Below, piece by piece: positions 1 through 9,923 of a stretch of DNA of 64,000 nucleotides. Location: contig CAZORS010000001.1 of NCBI GenBank assembly GCA_964582025.1, positions 14,398-78,397 on the forward strand, written 5' to 3'. The notes under the pieces were generated by a model. The model was not told the DNA's origin and made no database searches. It was given only the letters and a program-made list of their open reading frames with translations. The position numbers were made by a program, and so were the translations under genes. Position 1 is the first letter of the stretch. Each line of letters starts with the position of its first letter. Source of the stretch: an uncultured Pirellulaceae bacterium (GTDB lineage Bacteria > Planctomycetota > Planctomycetia > Pirellulales > Pirellulaceae).

Positions 1-1
1 C

Positions 2-619
2 AAAGGCCTTTTTCTTGCTGACACCTGGAGGCTGCACCCGTCTATTTGTTCCTTTACTTCCGAGCAGTACTACGACGATCGCCTTGCGAGTATCGACGGC
101 TTATCAACGCAGGAGGTCTTTGGGTCTGCCTTTTCGGGAAACGGTTTGCGATACGTTCCCGTCGAGCACCACGGCAATCAGAACCGAAGTGTGGAGGAGG
201 TGGAAGCAATTTGCACATTGGTCGCACGCCTATCAGATGGAAGCCATCAATGGTCGAACAAAGAAGCCGAGCTCGCAGCAATCACATTAGATGACATTTT
301 GGTCGTCGCTCCATACAACGCTCAGGTCAGCGCGTTGACCAAAGCCCTGCCTGATGGTGCCCGAGTCGGCACGGTGGATAAATTCCAAGGCCAAGAGGCC
401 CCGATCGTCATCTACTCGTTGACCAGTTCCTCTGCTGACGTTGCTCCACGCGGCATCAAATTCCTGTTCAATCGCAACCGGATGAATGTCGCATCGAGTC
501 GAGCAAAGTGTTTGGTTCTGTTGGTGGGAAGTCCCGCTTTGCTGGATGCTGAGTGCTCCACGCCAGAGCAGATGAGACTGGCCAATGGGTTTTGCAGGTT
601 TATGGAGCTTGCAGATTGA
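2..619 (+). CDS. C-terminal part (5'-truncated by window edge) of a TM0106-family RecB-like nuclease / DNA2-NAM7 (SF1) helicase
   Basis: Frame 2 is open from nt 2 (KGLFLADTWRLHPSICSFTSEQYY...) and has SF1 AAA_12 motifs VAPYNAQV, GTVDKFQGQE and NRMNVASSRAK. Confidence 0.85.
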   Translation, partial: KGLFLADTWRLHPSICSFTSEQYYDDRLASIDGLSTQEVFGSAFSGNGLRYVPVEHHGNQNRSVEEVEAICTLVARLSDGSHQWSNKEAELAAITLDDILVVAPYNAQVSALTKALPDGARVGTVDKFQGQEAPIVIYSLTSSSADVAPRGIKFLFNRNRMNVASSRAKCLVLLVGSPALLDAECSTPEQMRLANGFCRFMELAD

Positions 620-666
620 CCCTTAAGAATGGTAGCGTCCTCGACTTGATCCTTGGCTTCTCCTAG

Positions 667-1377
667 TTATCCGCATCCCTCCAAACACTTGATGATCTCT
701 TCAGACCTTTGAGCCCATAACTCGTACTCAGCGCCCGATTCCGACTTGATCGCTGATTCTCTCATAAGTTCTATGTAAGCAACTACAACGGGAGCAGTCG
801 TGATGTGAAAAGCTGTGGGTGCGCTCATGACCATCCCTTTTGCGGTGTCAGACCATTCAGGAAAGTGCAAAATTCCCGACCCAAAACTACGGCTTTTTTC
901 ACCACCTGAACGATACCAAGTAACGTGTAAGTGGCTTGAGTCTGCAACAGTCGCGTTCACCTCAACTGGAACACAAGCTTTTAGTAATGTTTTGTCTTTG
1001 CCAAAAACAGATTGCATGCCTTTGCCACTTACAGAGCGGCCACGCTGTTCTAGGGTGATTGCCCCCATGTAATCACAAGACTTTTGGTGCGAGAGCGTTC
1101 TTTTTTCTATGATATCTTCGCCAACAAAGAGCCACCTTCCGTCGACCCGCAAAATATCCGCGTGATACTCTTGCTCAAATGGAAGAATCTGCATCGCCTT
1201 TTTTACTTGGTCATCACTCGGAAACGTCTTTCTGTCGCCTTTAAGCCATTGGTCGAGCGTTCTCACTTTCTTCAGACCAAATTTAGTGGCAATTTCCGAT
1301 TTGGTTAGCTCGCTTTTTGATACCGCAGCTTTCAGTTTTGCATAAAAGTCCTCAGGTGAATCGAAGTTGTCCTTCAT
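667..1377 (-). CDS. Putative transcriptional regulator: N-terminal Xre-like HTH plus C-terminal beta-rich domain (about 236 aa; ORF could extend to 1503)
   Basis: HTH-like LTKSEIATKFGLKKVRTLDQWLKG; divergent from the 1641 gene; start at MKDNF chosen because the upstream extension runs through a repeat array. Confidence 0.55.
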   Translation of the reverse strand: MKDNFDSPEDFYAKLKAAVSKSELTKSEIATKFGLKKVRTLDQWLKGDRKTFPSDDQVKKAMQILPFEQEYHADILRVDGRWLFVGEDIIEKRTLSHQKSCDYMGAITLEQRGRSVSGKGMQSVFGKDKTLLKACVPVEVNATVADSSHLHVTWYRSGGEKSRSFGSGILHFPEWSDTAKGMVMSAPTAFHITTAPVVVAYIELMRESAIKSESGAEYELWAQRSEEIIKCLEGCG

Positions 1378-1410
1378 TTGGAGATCCGTTAGCTGCGATT
1401 TTTGAAAATA

Positions 1411-1506
1411 ATTTTGGCACGATTTGGCATGATTTGACAAATTTGACGCTAATGCTAACCGCGAAAAATGGTTTTCGCCATGCGCTACGTCAAATCGCGC
1501 CAAATC
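1411..1506. promoter_or_regulatory. Putative operator array: four phased TTTG(G/A)C direct repeats and two inverted copies
   Basis: attttggcac gatttggcat gatttgacaa atttgac (1411-1447); gtcaaatc (1489-1496) and gccaaatc (1499-1506); 1421-1438 matches the reverse complement of 1489-1506 at 16/18. Confidence 0.55.
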
Positions 1507-1640
1507 ACGCGTTAGTCGTCGATTTTCATCGCAAGTTTGGAGTCCTAAATTTCCTTAGTTCTCAAGGAAGAGGATGTTACTAAACAGCTGTTGTGATTCT
1601 TCGCGGACGAAGCCAGCAGCCAACAACTGAGGATAAACTT

Positions 1641-2771
1641 ATGTCACAGTTTAAGAAGGTAGCACGACTTGTCGTGCTCGCTACAGCATGTGCGCTCTCA
1701 TCGAGTGCACACGCACAGGACAACAGTCCTGCCCCTGAAGCCTCGGCTTCTCCAGCTTTCGCTTGCCAGTGCGAGCAGCCTGCTTCGTACGCTAACCCGG
1801 CATTGCCGGGGAAGTGCACTAACGACCTCGCGTACACACACCTGTACTACACTACGAGTGACGGGATGACGTACCGTTTCGGTCGCTACCGTTCCGACCA
1901 AGGCCGTCAACTCGCCCGCGATCAACAGAAGCTGGCGGATTGCCAGCGCCTTGGTTACGTGTCAAACATCGTGACGGCTGCAATCAACTGTCCGATTCCA
2001 AACCGCGCTCCGTACTGCCCAGAGCCAAACACTGTCCTGGACGGAGCGACCTACGGCGACGTGTTCGCAACTGCCGACTACGTCGAATTCGACGTTGACA
2101 ATAGCTACCAAGTCTACTGCCTTGAATGTCAGAAGTGCCTTGCTCGTGACAACAACGTCTATGGCTGTGTCGGCATTGGTCGTGAACATCAAGACCGATA
2201 CCACAATGGTCGTGCTACGGTCACATGTGGAAACGGTGTTTGCAACCGCGATCAGTTGCTGGTGCCGGCTGCAGAGACACGAACGATTGGTGCAAATGTT
2301 GAATCTGGTTTCAGCGGTGGGCAGCCGACGAACACGACTGTTGTTGTACAGGCACGCGTTCCGGTTCTCACCGAGCCAGTGTTCTACGCGTCTCCGTCGT
2401 ACGACTCACCTTGTCGTCAGTGCATGGTACCTGCTCATTACATTGCGGAAGCGCAGTTTCATGGGCCATCATACGAATGCGGCTGGCACACCACGCTAGA
2501 ACTGGTGCCGGGAACTCCTCAGCATGTGCTTGACTGTGTTCGTGGCGTTGAAGCAGTCGGTAGTGCGATCGGCCTTCCACTTACACGAGAGTACACGATG
2601 AAGATCACCGCGACGTGTCATCTGAACCCTGGCATCTCGAAAGAGTTCCAGGGCACTGGCCCGACACCGGGTGATGCCTACTGTGCGGCATGTGCTCTGG
2701 CCAAAGTGTGGTGCTACCAAAGCGGTGGCGTCCGTACGCCAAAGCCGTGCCTCAACAACTGCCCTCGCTAG
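1641..2771 (+). CDS. Secreted cysteine-rich protein of unknown function (376 aa)
   Basis: GAGGA RBS before ATG 1641; signal peptide ending AHA-Q; 22 Cys counted in the mature part; terminator downstream. Confidence 0.75.
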   Translation: MSQFKKVARLVVLATACALSSSAHAQDNSPAPEASASPAFACQCEQPASYANPALPGKCTNDLAYTHLYYTTSDGMTYRFGRYRSDQGRQLARDQQKLADCQRLGYVSNIVTAAINCPIPNRAPYCPEPNTVLDGATYGDVFATADYVEFDVDNSYQVYCLECQKCLARDNNVYGCVGIGREHQDRYHNGRATVTCGNGVCNRDQLLVPAAETRTIGANVESGFSGGQPTNTTVVVQARVPVLTEPVFYASPSYDSPCRQCMVPAHYIAEAQFHGPSYECGWHTTLELVPGTPQHVLDCVRGVEAVGSAIGLPLTREYTMKITATCHLNPGISKEFQGTGPTPGDAYCAACALAKVWCYQSGGVRTPKPCLNNCPR

Positions 2772-2796
2772 TCTGAGTAGGCATGAGCGGTGCATG

Positions 2797-2834
2797 TGGC
2801 GTCACTGGCCTTTGGTTGGTGACGCCATTTTTTT
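2797..2834 (+). terminator. Rho-independent terminator
   Basis: tggcgtcac...gtgacgcca stem followed by a run of T. Confidence 0.75.
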
Positions 2835-2935
2835 GTTGTGCCAGACCTTGGACTTTCAGATTTGTTCGATCTCTTTTGAACGTCCCACCAGCCTGAAGGC
2901 CAGCAACCCAGAGTGTTTTCGGAACTACTGAATGG

Positions 2936-3694
2936 TTACCAGGAAGTTGCCGACGAATCCAAGGTGCCATCATTCTTGTATCGCTTGATGGTTGCAGATC
3001 CGATTAGCGAAGGCATGTGTCCATCGTTGACGATGTCCGCAAATTGAACCTTTCCTTCAACTCCTTTTGACCAGACTTTAACTTTCTCCGACCACTTTTG
3101 CGCAAACGCCGTTGTGTTACATCCGATCCAAAGATGCTCTTTATCTGGCCGCAACGGATAACGCTGTCGCATCAACCGACCATCCGGACGTCGCTGATCT
3201 GCGTACGCTTCTATCTTCGAGACATTGATGATGGCTTCGGGAGCAGGAGCACTCGCTACATTGCTGGCATTGTGGCGCACCGACAACCACAAGTCATTCC
3301 TGGCGTGTCCCCAGTAGATCACTCTCTCGATCGGATCGTTGAAGTTCGACATCTTTGTCCAAAACTCAGTTTCCGATACAAACCAGCGCAAGCCCCATCC
3401 TCTGCTCGTCGCTCGCGCCTCAATCAGTTCTACATAATTGTCGAACCCTTGCGCTCTCACGTCTTGAACCGAAGTTCGATTGTTGGCGACATCATCAGTC
3501 CATCGCGCCTCGTAGGCAGGCTTGAAGACAAACCACCAGACTTCGTCGGCGACTTCAAAAGCGGTTTGTTCGGCCGGCGTATCGGTCATCAGTAGCGGTG
3601 GCGTGACGTAATTAGCCCAACTGATGTCGTGGTCAGGGTCGGCGGCGTTGAATAACCCCGGCCCTCCAGAAATCAAAATCATGTTTGTGGCCAT
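2936..3694 (-). CDS. Hypothetical protein, possible caspase-hemoglobinase-fold cysteine protease
   Basis: 252-aa ORF with upstream GGAG RBS; YWGHA and WIGCNT resemble a His/Cys dyad. Confidence 0.5.
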   Translation of the reverse strand: MATNMILISGGPGLFNAADPDHDISWANYVTPPLLMTDTPAEQTAFEVADEVWWFVFKPAYEARWTDDVANNRTSVQDVRAQGFDNYVELIEARATSRGWGLRWFVSETEFWTKMSNFNDPIERVIYWGHARNDLWLSVRHNASNVASAPAPEAIINVSKIEAYADQRRPDGRLMRQRYPLRPDKEHLWIGCNTTAFAQKWSEKVKVWSKGVEGKVQFADIVNDGHMPSLIGSATIKRYKNDGTLDSSATSW

Positions 3695-3848
3695 CAGCTA
3701 TTCTCCGCGTTGGTTGCAAAAATGGTGAAGGATGAGCATAAGCCTTTCAGGTCACGTAGGCAATTTGAGCGGAATCAGGCTTCCTTGATTGCTCGAAACC
3801 TACAGCTTTACACGGAGAAACGCTGGATTTGCATCTCGGGCCGACTTG

Positions 3849-3880
3849 GACGGCAAACTTGCCGTCGGATTTGATACAAT
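3849..3880 (+). promoter_or_regulatory. Putative extended -10 promoter (TGnTACAAT) of the BREX operon with an upstream palindrome
   Basis: tgatacaat at 3872-3880, ATG at 3887; perfect 8-bp inverted repeat gacggcaa-ac-ttgccgtc at 3849-3866. Confidence 0.55.
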
Positions 3881-3886
3881 TCCGCG

Positions 3887-4702
3887 ATGGATACCATTCA
3901 GCCATCACAGTTCATCTTCAACGAGTCCAGCTCGGCCGCAAAGCTAGGCTTTCGTTTTGGCAACAAGGGTGCGCATGCCAGCCGCACGATGATGCTAACC
4001 GAACTGGAACTGCTGTTCGACTCACGCCCGAATACTGCAACCCAAGATGACTACTTCGACGCGATCCTCGAAGACAACGTTACCGACAAGCGGACACACA
4101 CGACTCGGCAGTCAACGCGACAGAGATTGACTGAACTCTACTCGCTTGACCCCTCGTTGGCGATCTTCCGCGTAATGCGTGAGTTGTGGGAGAAAGACAA
4201 ACCAGGCCGTCCGTTGCTGGCCCTGCTTTGCACTTTGGCTCGTGATCCGCTACTCCGGGCAACAGCCCCATACATTCTGAACCTGAGTCCCGGCGACGAA
4301 GTTGCTCGAAACAAGTTCACAGACTCACTTCGCCAGTCTGTTGGCGATCGCTTCAATGACAACACACTGGACAAGATCGTACGCAACACTGCTTCTACAT
4401 GGACACAATCTGGCCACTTAGCTGGTCGAGTCCGCAAATCGCGTCAGCTCGTGAACGCAACACCTTTGACCGTGGCATACGCGCTGCTGCTTGGCCACAT
4501 GCTTGGTCGTAGCGGTAATCGTGCATTCCAAACTTTATGGACGCTGGTTCTTGATTCGTCCTGGACGGAGCTGTTTGAAAAAGCAACTGACGCCAGTCGT
4601 CTTGGCGTTATCAAGCTTAAACAAAGCGGTGACGTCACGCAGTTGGATTTCCCCGGACTCATCTCTAAACAGGAACTGAAGGTGATCAATGAGTCGAATT
4701 GA
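3887..4702 (+). CDS. brxA: BrxA-like BREX protein
   Basis: 271-aa helical protein in the first position of a BREX operon; overlaps brxB; assignment mostly by synteny. Confidence 0.6.
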   Translation: MDTIQPSQFIFNESSSAAKLGFRFGNKGAHASRTMMLTELELLFDSRPNTATQDDYFDAILEDNVTDKRTHTTRQSTRQRLTELYSLDPSLAIFRVMRELWEKDKPGRPLLALLCTLARDPLLRATAPYILNLSPGDEVARNKFTDSLRQSVGDRFNDNTLDKIVRNTASTWTQSGHLAGRVRKSRQLVNATPLTVAYALLLGHMLGRSGNRAFQTLWTLVLDSSWTELFEKATDASRLGVIKLKQSGDVTQLDFPGLISKQELKVINESN

Positions 4703-5243
4703 TAAACTGGCGGGTAAATACGAGAAACATATTTCAGCGCCTTGGCAGCGCAACCTAGCCGGCGCGCAAAAAACGATCTTCGTTGTCTACCCCAAAGAAG
4801 ATGAACGTAAGCTTCGCAGTCACATTGGTGAATTCAAGAATCGTACCGAACTGTCCGGACATTCTTGGTCCCACTTTGATATGACCAAGTTGTTTGCTCA
4901 ATGGATGAGCGAAACGGACTACCGGGAACAATACTTCGAGTGCCCCGAGGACTTGAAACTCAAGCTCAACTCTGAGTTCTTTCAGTTCGTTGTTGACCAG
5001 CTTGTCGCAGCCCTCACTGATCCGGGCGTCGATGAAGACACTGTTGTAGCTGTCACCGGCGCTGCATCACTGTTTGGTTTTGTCAAAGTATCTGAGGTGC
5101 TTGAGAAGTCCGTCCATGAGAACCGTGGCCGTCTGGTGCTCTTTTTCCCTGGAACTTACGACAAGGATTCCTATTGGCTTTTAGATGCACGGGACGGCTG
5201 GAATTACCTCGCCACTCCAATCGCACTCCACTCAGGAGAATAA
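4689..5243 (+). CDS. brxB: BREX protein BrxB (DUF1788)
   Basis: 184 aa with C-terminal LVLFFPGTY...LLDARDGWNYLA typical of DUF1788; directly upstream of brxC. Confidence 0.85.
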   Translation: MSRIDKLAGKYEKHISAPWQRNLAGAQKTIFVVYPKEDERKLRSHIGEFKNRTELSGHSWSHFDMTKLFAQWMSETDYREQYFECPEDLKLKLNSEFFQFVVDQLVAALTDPGVDEDTVVAVTGAASLFGFVKVSEVLEKSVHENRGRLVLFFPGTYDKDSYWLLDARDGWNYLATPIALHSGE

Positions 5244-5248
5244 GGTAG

Positions 5249-8200
5249 ATGAAAAACAGAGAAGTATTTGTTCGCGACCCAGCCGTTTCAAAACTGATGA
5301 ACAACGGCCAAGCCCGCATCAACGACGGATTCACCGACCAAGAGCGCGAAACACTCCGCGAGGAATTGTCAAACTTCGTTTGCGAGGGCCAGTACGAAGA
5401 TGGAACGACCCGTATCCTCGAGTCTTTCCTTCGTCACGTCGACGGAACGCAGCAACCAGCGGCATGGGTTAGCGGTTTTTACGGAAGTGGTAAATCCCAC
5501 CTCTTAAAGATGCTTTGCCACCTCTGGGTCGATACTGAATTCGCTGATGGTGTGCGAGCACGTTCATTGGTTCCAGATTTGTCGTCTGACGTTCTGGCGG
5601 CACTAAAAGAGCTCGACACTCAGGGCCGTCGGCTGGGTGGGCTTCATGCGATCTCTGGAACGCTTCCTTCGGGTGGTACTGACAGCGTTAAACTGACAGT
5701 GCTTGGACTCGTGCTTCGTTCAAAAGGTCTGCCTGAGAACTTTGCCCAGGCTAAGTTCTGTCTCTACCTCAAGAACAATGGCTTCTACGATCAAGTCAAG
5801 TCTGCCGTGGAAGATGCGGGCAAAGAGTTTCTTCGCGAGTTGAACAACCTCTACGTCAGCCCCATCCTTCACGACGCATTGGTTAGCGTCGACAGTGGCT
5901 ACGGCGACCGAAAATCAGCACGCGACACGCTCAAGAAAGAGTTCGTCCAGCCGGGCGACATCTCTACATCGGAATTGATCGAGATTGTTCGTGAAGTCCT
6001 GTCTGTCGACGACCAGCTTCCTTGCACAATCATCGTGTTGGATGAGGTGCAAATCTACATCGGCGACAGCAAGGATCGCGTCAAAGACATCGTGGAGATC
6101 GCGGAAGCGTTCAGTAAACAACTCGATTCTCGCGCCATCGTTATTGGAGCTGGGCAGAATGCGTTGGCCGCACAAGCCAAACACTTTGAGTGGCTGCGTG
6201 CCCGGTTCACCATTCCGGTCGAACTCTCGGATGCCGATGTTGAAACGGTTACTCGCCGAGTCTTGCTTCAGAAAAAACCTGAACACGTCGACGCTATCCG
6301 CAAGATGCTTGACTTGAACGCTGGCGAAATCGAACGACAGTTGTCCGGCACACGAATATGCAGCAATAGCGACGACCGCGAAATCCTGGTCGAAGACTAT
6401 CCTCTGTTGCCCGTTCGCCGTCGGTTTTGGGAAGCCGTCTTTCGGGCTGTCGATCCGGCTGGCACCAGCGGGATGCTGCGTTCCCAACTTCGTATCATCC
6501 ACGACGCACTTCATGAATCCGCAGAGTCTCCGCTTGGAAGCGTTGTCCCGGCCGACTACATGTTCGATCAACTTCAACCGAACCTCGTCCAACAAGCTGT
6601 GTTGCCGGGTGCCTTAGATGTGATCATTCGCAATTTGGATGACGGCACCGAAGAGGGTGTTCTCAAACGCCGACTGTGTGGACTGATTTTTTTGGTGCGC
6701 AAACTGCCTCGCGAAGCCGGTTTTGACATTGGCGTTCGAGCCACAAAAGAAATGCTGCCCGACTTGATGGTAAGTGATCTTAAAGGTGACGGCTCCAAGC
6801 TTCGCAGAGTCATTCCAGAACTGCTTGATCAATTGGTCGAAGAGGGCGTTCTTCTAAAGGACGAAGACGAGTACAACCTGCAGACGAAAGAGTATTCCAA
6901 CTGGGACAATGAATACCGTACTCGTCTTCAGCGTCTCAACGCCCAGCCAAGCGAGATTTACACAAAGCGTGACAATCTCGTTCGAGCTGCTGCCAATGAT
7001 GCGATCAAATCCATTCAGCTCTTTCACGGAGCGAGAAAAGAGAAGCGACGTCTCGCGATTCACTTTGGTGATGATCAACCTGTCGTCGATGGCGACTCTG
7101 TTCCGGTTTGGATTCGAGACGAAAACGCTGCGAGCGAAAAGCAGGTGATCGAAAGTGCTCGAGCTGCTGGTACCGACAGCCCAATCGTGTTCGTGTCCAT
7201 CCCAAAGCCCGGAGGTGGCAACAACAATCTGGATGCCCAGATCGTTCGTTACGAAGCTGCCGAAAGTACGATTCAATTTAAGGGAGTTGTCGTTGGGGAG
7301 CCGGCGAACGAGGCCAAACGCGCTATCACTAGCCGCAAAGAGGATGCGAAAAGATGTCGTGACGAGATCATCAACGAAATGATCGACGGCGCGAAAGTCT
7401 TCAAAGGAGGCGGTTCGGAAGTCCTTCCACTGACTGTCGATGAGAAAGTTAAAGAGGCTGCTAGTGACGCACTTGATCGGCTGTTCCCGAACTTCAAAGA
7501 CGCCGACCATAAGAACTGGACTGTTGTCATCGGTCGAGCTAAGAACGGCGACGAAACTCCACTTCAAGCCGTCGACTGGAACACCGAAACAAAACAGCAT
7601 CCGGTTTGCAAAGCCTTGATGCGTGAGATTGGTGCTGGATCTGACGGCAGCAGTCTGCAGAAGCTCTTTCGTGCGACGCCCTATGGTTGGCCTCAGGACA
7701 CGGTCGACGGGGCCTTGATGGCGTTGCACAATTCCGGCGACGTGACGGTTCGGTATCAAGGCGAATCGGTGCCCATGGGCAAGCTTGACCAGACCAAGAT
7801 TAAGAGGGCTGACTTCAAGCTGGAAACGATCACTCTTTCTGCCAAAGACAAGATCGCCTTGCGAGGCTTGTTCCAGGACGCCGGTGTTTCTGCCAAGCCC
7901 AGTGATGACTTGGAAATGAAATCGAGCGAGTTCTTACAAGTGCTGGGGCAACTGGGTTTGCAATCGGGTGGAGACGCACCGCTTCCTGAGCGTCCGAAAA
8001 CCACGCACCTGGATGATTTACGAAACCTTGCCGGCAACGAGCGACTAAGTGCGATGCTGACTCAAGCGGCCGACCTGAAGCAATCCGCCACGGAATGGAA
8101 GTCACTCGCCGAGCTATCTGAGAAGCGAATGCCTCAATGGGAGACTCTTGGTCGATTGATGAAGCATGCCGAGGGGCAAGAAGGGTTCGACGAAATCAAA

Positions 8201-8701
8201 TCTGCAGTGGATGGAATTGTAGAAAACCGTCTGCTACTCGACGGCACCGATCATGTGACGCCGTTGGTTAAGAAGGCTGCGGGAGCATTACGAAATGCCG
8301 TCAATGATTCGCATGACGGATTCAAGAACGCCTACGACAACTGTCACAGCTCGTTGGCAACCAGTGATTCATGGCAGAAGATTGATGCCGACAAGCAAAC
8401 CGAGATTCTCGCCAGCGAAGGCATCTCGCAGATCCCCACCATTGCTGTAGGCAGTGATGAGGAACTGCTGCGAACCCTGGATCAGACGCCGCTCTCTTCA
8501 TGGAAAGACAAAGCGGACGCTCTGACCAGTCGTTTCTCTAGTGCCACTACTACGGCAGCCAAGCTAATAGAGCCCAAGCTGCAGCGGGTTCATTTGACCA
8601 GTGGAACTCTCAAAACCGAAGCCGAGATTAAGTCGTGGCTGGTCGAACAGGAAACCAAACTAATCGAGAAACTTGGCGACGGCCCTATCGTCATTAGCTA
8701 A
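5249..8701 (+). CDS. brxC: BREX P-loop ATPase BrxC
   Basis: 1150 aa; Walker A WVSGFYGSGKSH, Walker B IVLDEV; BREX context. Confidence 0.92.
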   Translation: MKNREVFVRDPAVSKLMNNGQARINDGFTDQERETLREELSNFVCEGQYEDGTTRILESFLRHVDGTQQPAAWVSGFYGSGKSHLLKMLCHLWVDTEFADGVRARSLVPDLSSDVLAALKELDTQGRRLGGLHAISGTLPSGGTDSVKLTVLGLVLRSKGLPENFAQAKFCLYLKNNGFYDQVKSAVEDAGKEFLRELNNLYVSPILHDALVSVDSGYGDRKSARDTLKKEFVQPGDISTSELIEIVREVLSVDDQLPCTIIVLDEVQIYIGDSKDRVKDIVEIAEAFSKQLDSRAIVIGAGQNALAAQAKHFEWLRARFTIPVELSDADVETVTRRVLLQKKPEHVDAIRKMLDLNAGEIERQLSGTRICSNSDDREILVEDYPLLPVRRRFWEAVFRAVDPAGTSGMLRSQLRIIHDALHESAESPLGSVVPADYMFDQLQPNLVQQAVLPGALDVIIRNLDDGTEEGVLKRRLCGLIFLVRKLPREAGFDIGVRATKEMLPDLMVSDLKGDGSKLRRVIPELLDQLVEEGVLLKDEDEYNLQTKEYSNWDNEYRTRLQRLNAQPSEIYTKRDNLVRAAANDAIKSIQLFHGARKEKRRLAIHFGDDQPVVDGDSVPVWIRDENAASEKQVIESARAAGTDSPIVFVSIPKPGGGNNNLDAQIVRYEAAESTIQFKGVVVGEPANEAKRAITSRKEDAKRCRDEIINEMIDGAKVFKGGGSEVLPLTVDEKVKEAASDALDRLFPNFKDADHKNWTVVIGRAKNGDETPLQAVDWNTETKQHPVCKALMREIGAGSDGSSLQKLFRATPYGWPQDTVDGALMALHNSGDVTVRYQGESVPMGKLDQTKIKRADFKLETITLSAKDKIALRGLFQDAGVSAKPSDDLEMKSSEFLQVLGQLGLQSGGDAPLPERPKTTHLDDLRNLAGNERLSAMLTQAADLKQSATEWKSLAELSEKRMPQWETLGRLMKHAEGQEGFDEIKSAVDGIVENRLLLDGTDHVTPLVKKAAGALRNAVNDSHDGFKNAYDNCHSSLATSDSWQKIDADKQTEILASEGISQIPTIAVGSDEELLRTLDQTPLSSWKDKADALTSRFSSATTTAAKLIEPKLQRVHLTSGTLKTEAEIKSWLVEQETKLIEKLGDGPIVIS

Positions 8702-8729
8702 CCATTCAAACAACCTAAGGTGCAATTCA

Positions 8730-9923
8730 ATGTTAAACGACGAGCAGCTAGAAGTGCTTTACAAGGATCTGGAATCGGATCGTATCGAAAGAAAGCAAGC
8801 GATTTCTGAGCCCGGAAAAATTCGCCAGGCGATCTGCGCACTTGCAAATGACATGTCTGGGCACGGTGTCACTGGTGTGGTTTTTGTTGGCGTCGCAGAC
8901 AATGGCAATTGCATGAATCTGCCAATTACAGATCAGCTCTTGTTGACACTATCCGACATGCGTAGCGACGGCAACATCCTGCCAATGCCTGTCATGTCAG
9001 TGGAGAAAAAAGTTCTTGGCGGTTGTGAAGTTGCTGTAGTCCAAGTGGAGCCTTCGTTCTATCCACCCATCAGATTTAAGGGACGAACTTGGATTCGCGT
9101 TGGGCCTCGCAGGGCCACTGCTACCGCAGAAGAAGAGCGGCGACTAAATGAACGAAGAGCAGCACACAATTTGCCGTGGGATCTTCAACCGATTAACGTC
9201 GCGAAACTTGAAGACTTGGATGTAGATTTCTTTCAGAGGACTTATCTGCCTTCTGCAATTGCGCCTGATGTACTGGAACAAAACGGAAGAACGGTTGAGC
9301 AACAATTAGCTTCGCTTCGATTTCTAATTGGCCCCGACGACGTCCCGAGCATTGTAGGGATCATTGCCCTTGGGAAATCACCGGCTGACTTTGTTCCTGG
9401 TGCGTACGTTCAGTTTCTTCGCCTAGATGGCACAGAGCTCACGGATGACATCATTGATCAAAAAGACATTCACGGGCCGCTGTCGCAGGTTCTGACGGAT
9501 ATTGATGCGATCATGACTGCCAACATTCGCACTGCAACAAATATCGTCGCTGAAGTGACCGAAGTGCGTGCTCCTGACTACCCAATCGCGGCTCTTCAAC
9601 AGCTAGTCCGCAACGCGATCATGCACCGCGACTACCAAACCTCCAATGCACCTACTCGCGTCTACTGGTTTAGCGATCGAATCGAGATTCAAAATCCTGG
9701 TGGGCCTTATGGTCAAGTAACAATCGAAAAATTTGGCCAACCCGGCATCACCGACTATCGGAATCCGAACGTAGCTGAAGTCATGAAAACACTCGGATTT
9801 GTCCAGCGATTTGGCGTTGGGATATCGGTCGCAAAACAGCAACTAGCTGACAACGGAAATCCAGCCCCAGTATTTGAAGTTCAACCCAACCACATTTCGG
9901 TAACCATAAGGAGTCGCGCATGA
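8730..9923 (+). CDS. Schlafen/AlbA_2 domain plus HATPase_c_4 (RecG-C-like) protein, copy 1 (397 aa)
   Basis: ESDRIERK, ICALAN...GVADNG, YPIAALQQLVRNAIMHRDY, EIQNPGG, RNPNVAEVM..LGFVQRFGVG. Confidence 0.85.
   Translation: MLNDEQLEVLYKDLESDRIERKQAISEPGKIRQAICALANDMSGHGVTGVVFVGVADNGNCMNLPITDQLLLTLSDMRSDGNILPMPVMSVEKKVLGGCEVAVVQVEPSFYPPIRFKGRTWIRVGPRRATATAEEERRLNERRAAHNLPWDLQPINVAKLEDLDVDFFQRTYLPSAIAPDVLEQNGRTVEQQLASLRFLIGPDDVPSIVGIIALGKSPADFVPGAYVQFLRLDGTELTDDIIDQKDIHGPLSQVLTDIDAIMTANIRTATNIVAEVTEVRAPDYPIAALQQLVRNAIMHRDYQTSNAPTRVYWFSDRIEIQNPGGPYGQVTIEKFGQPGITDYRNPNVAEVMKTLGFVQRFGVGISVAKQQLADNGNPAPVFEVQPNHISVTIRSRA

Noticed and set aside
3750-3810. c-di-GMP-I riboswitch suggested by ggtcacg and a hairpin
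   Set aside because: Lacks the conserved GNRA tetraloop/receptor and P2 pattern
5915-7759. Long antisense ORFs (226 and 301 aa) opposite brxC
   Set aside because: Shadow ORFs of a well-supported gene, with no motifs; the same applies to most short overlapping ORFs in the track
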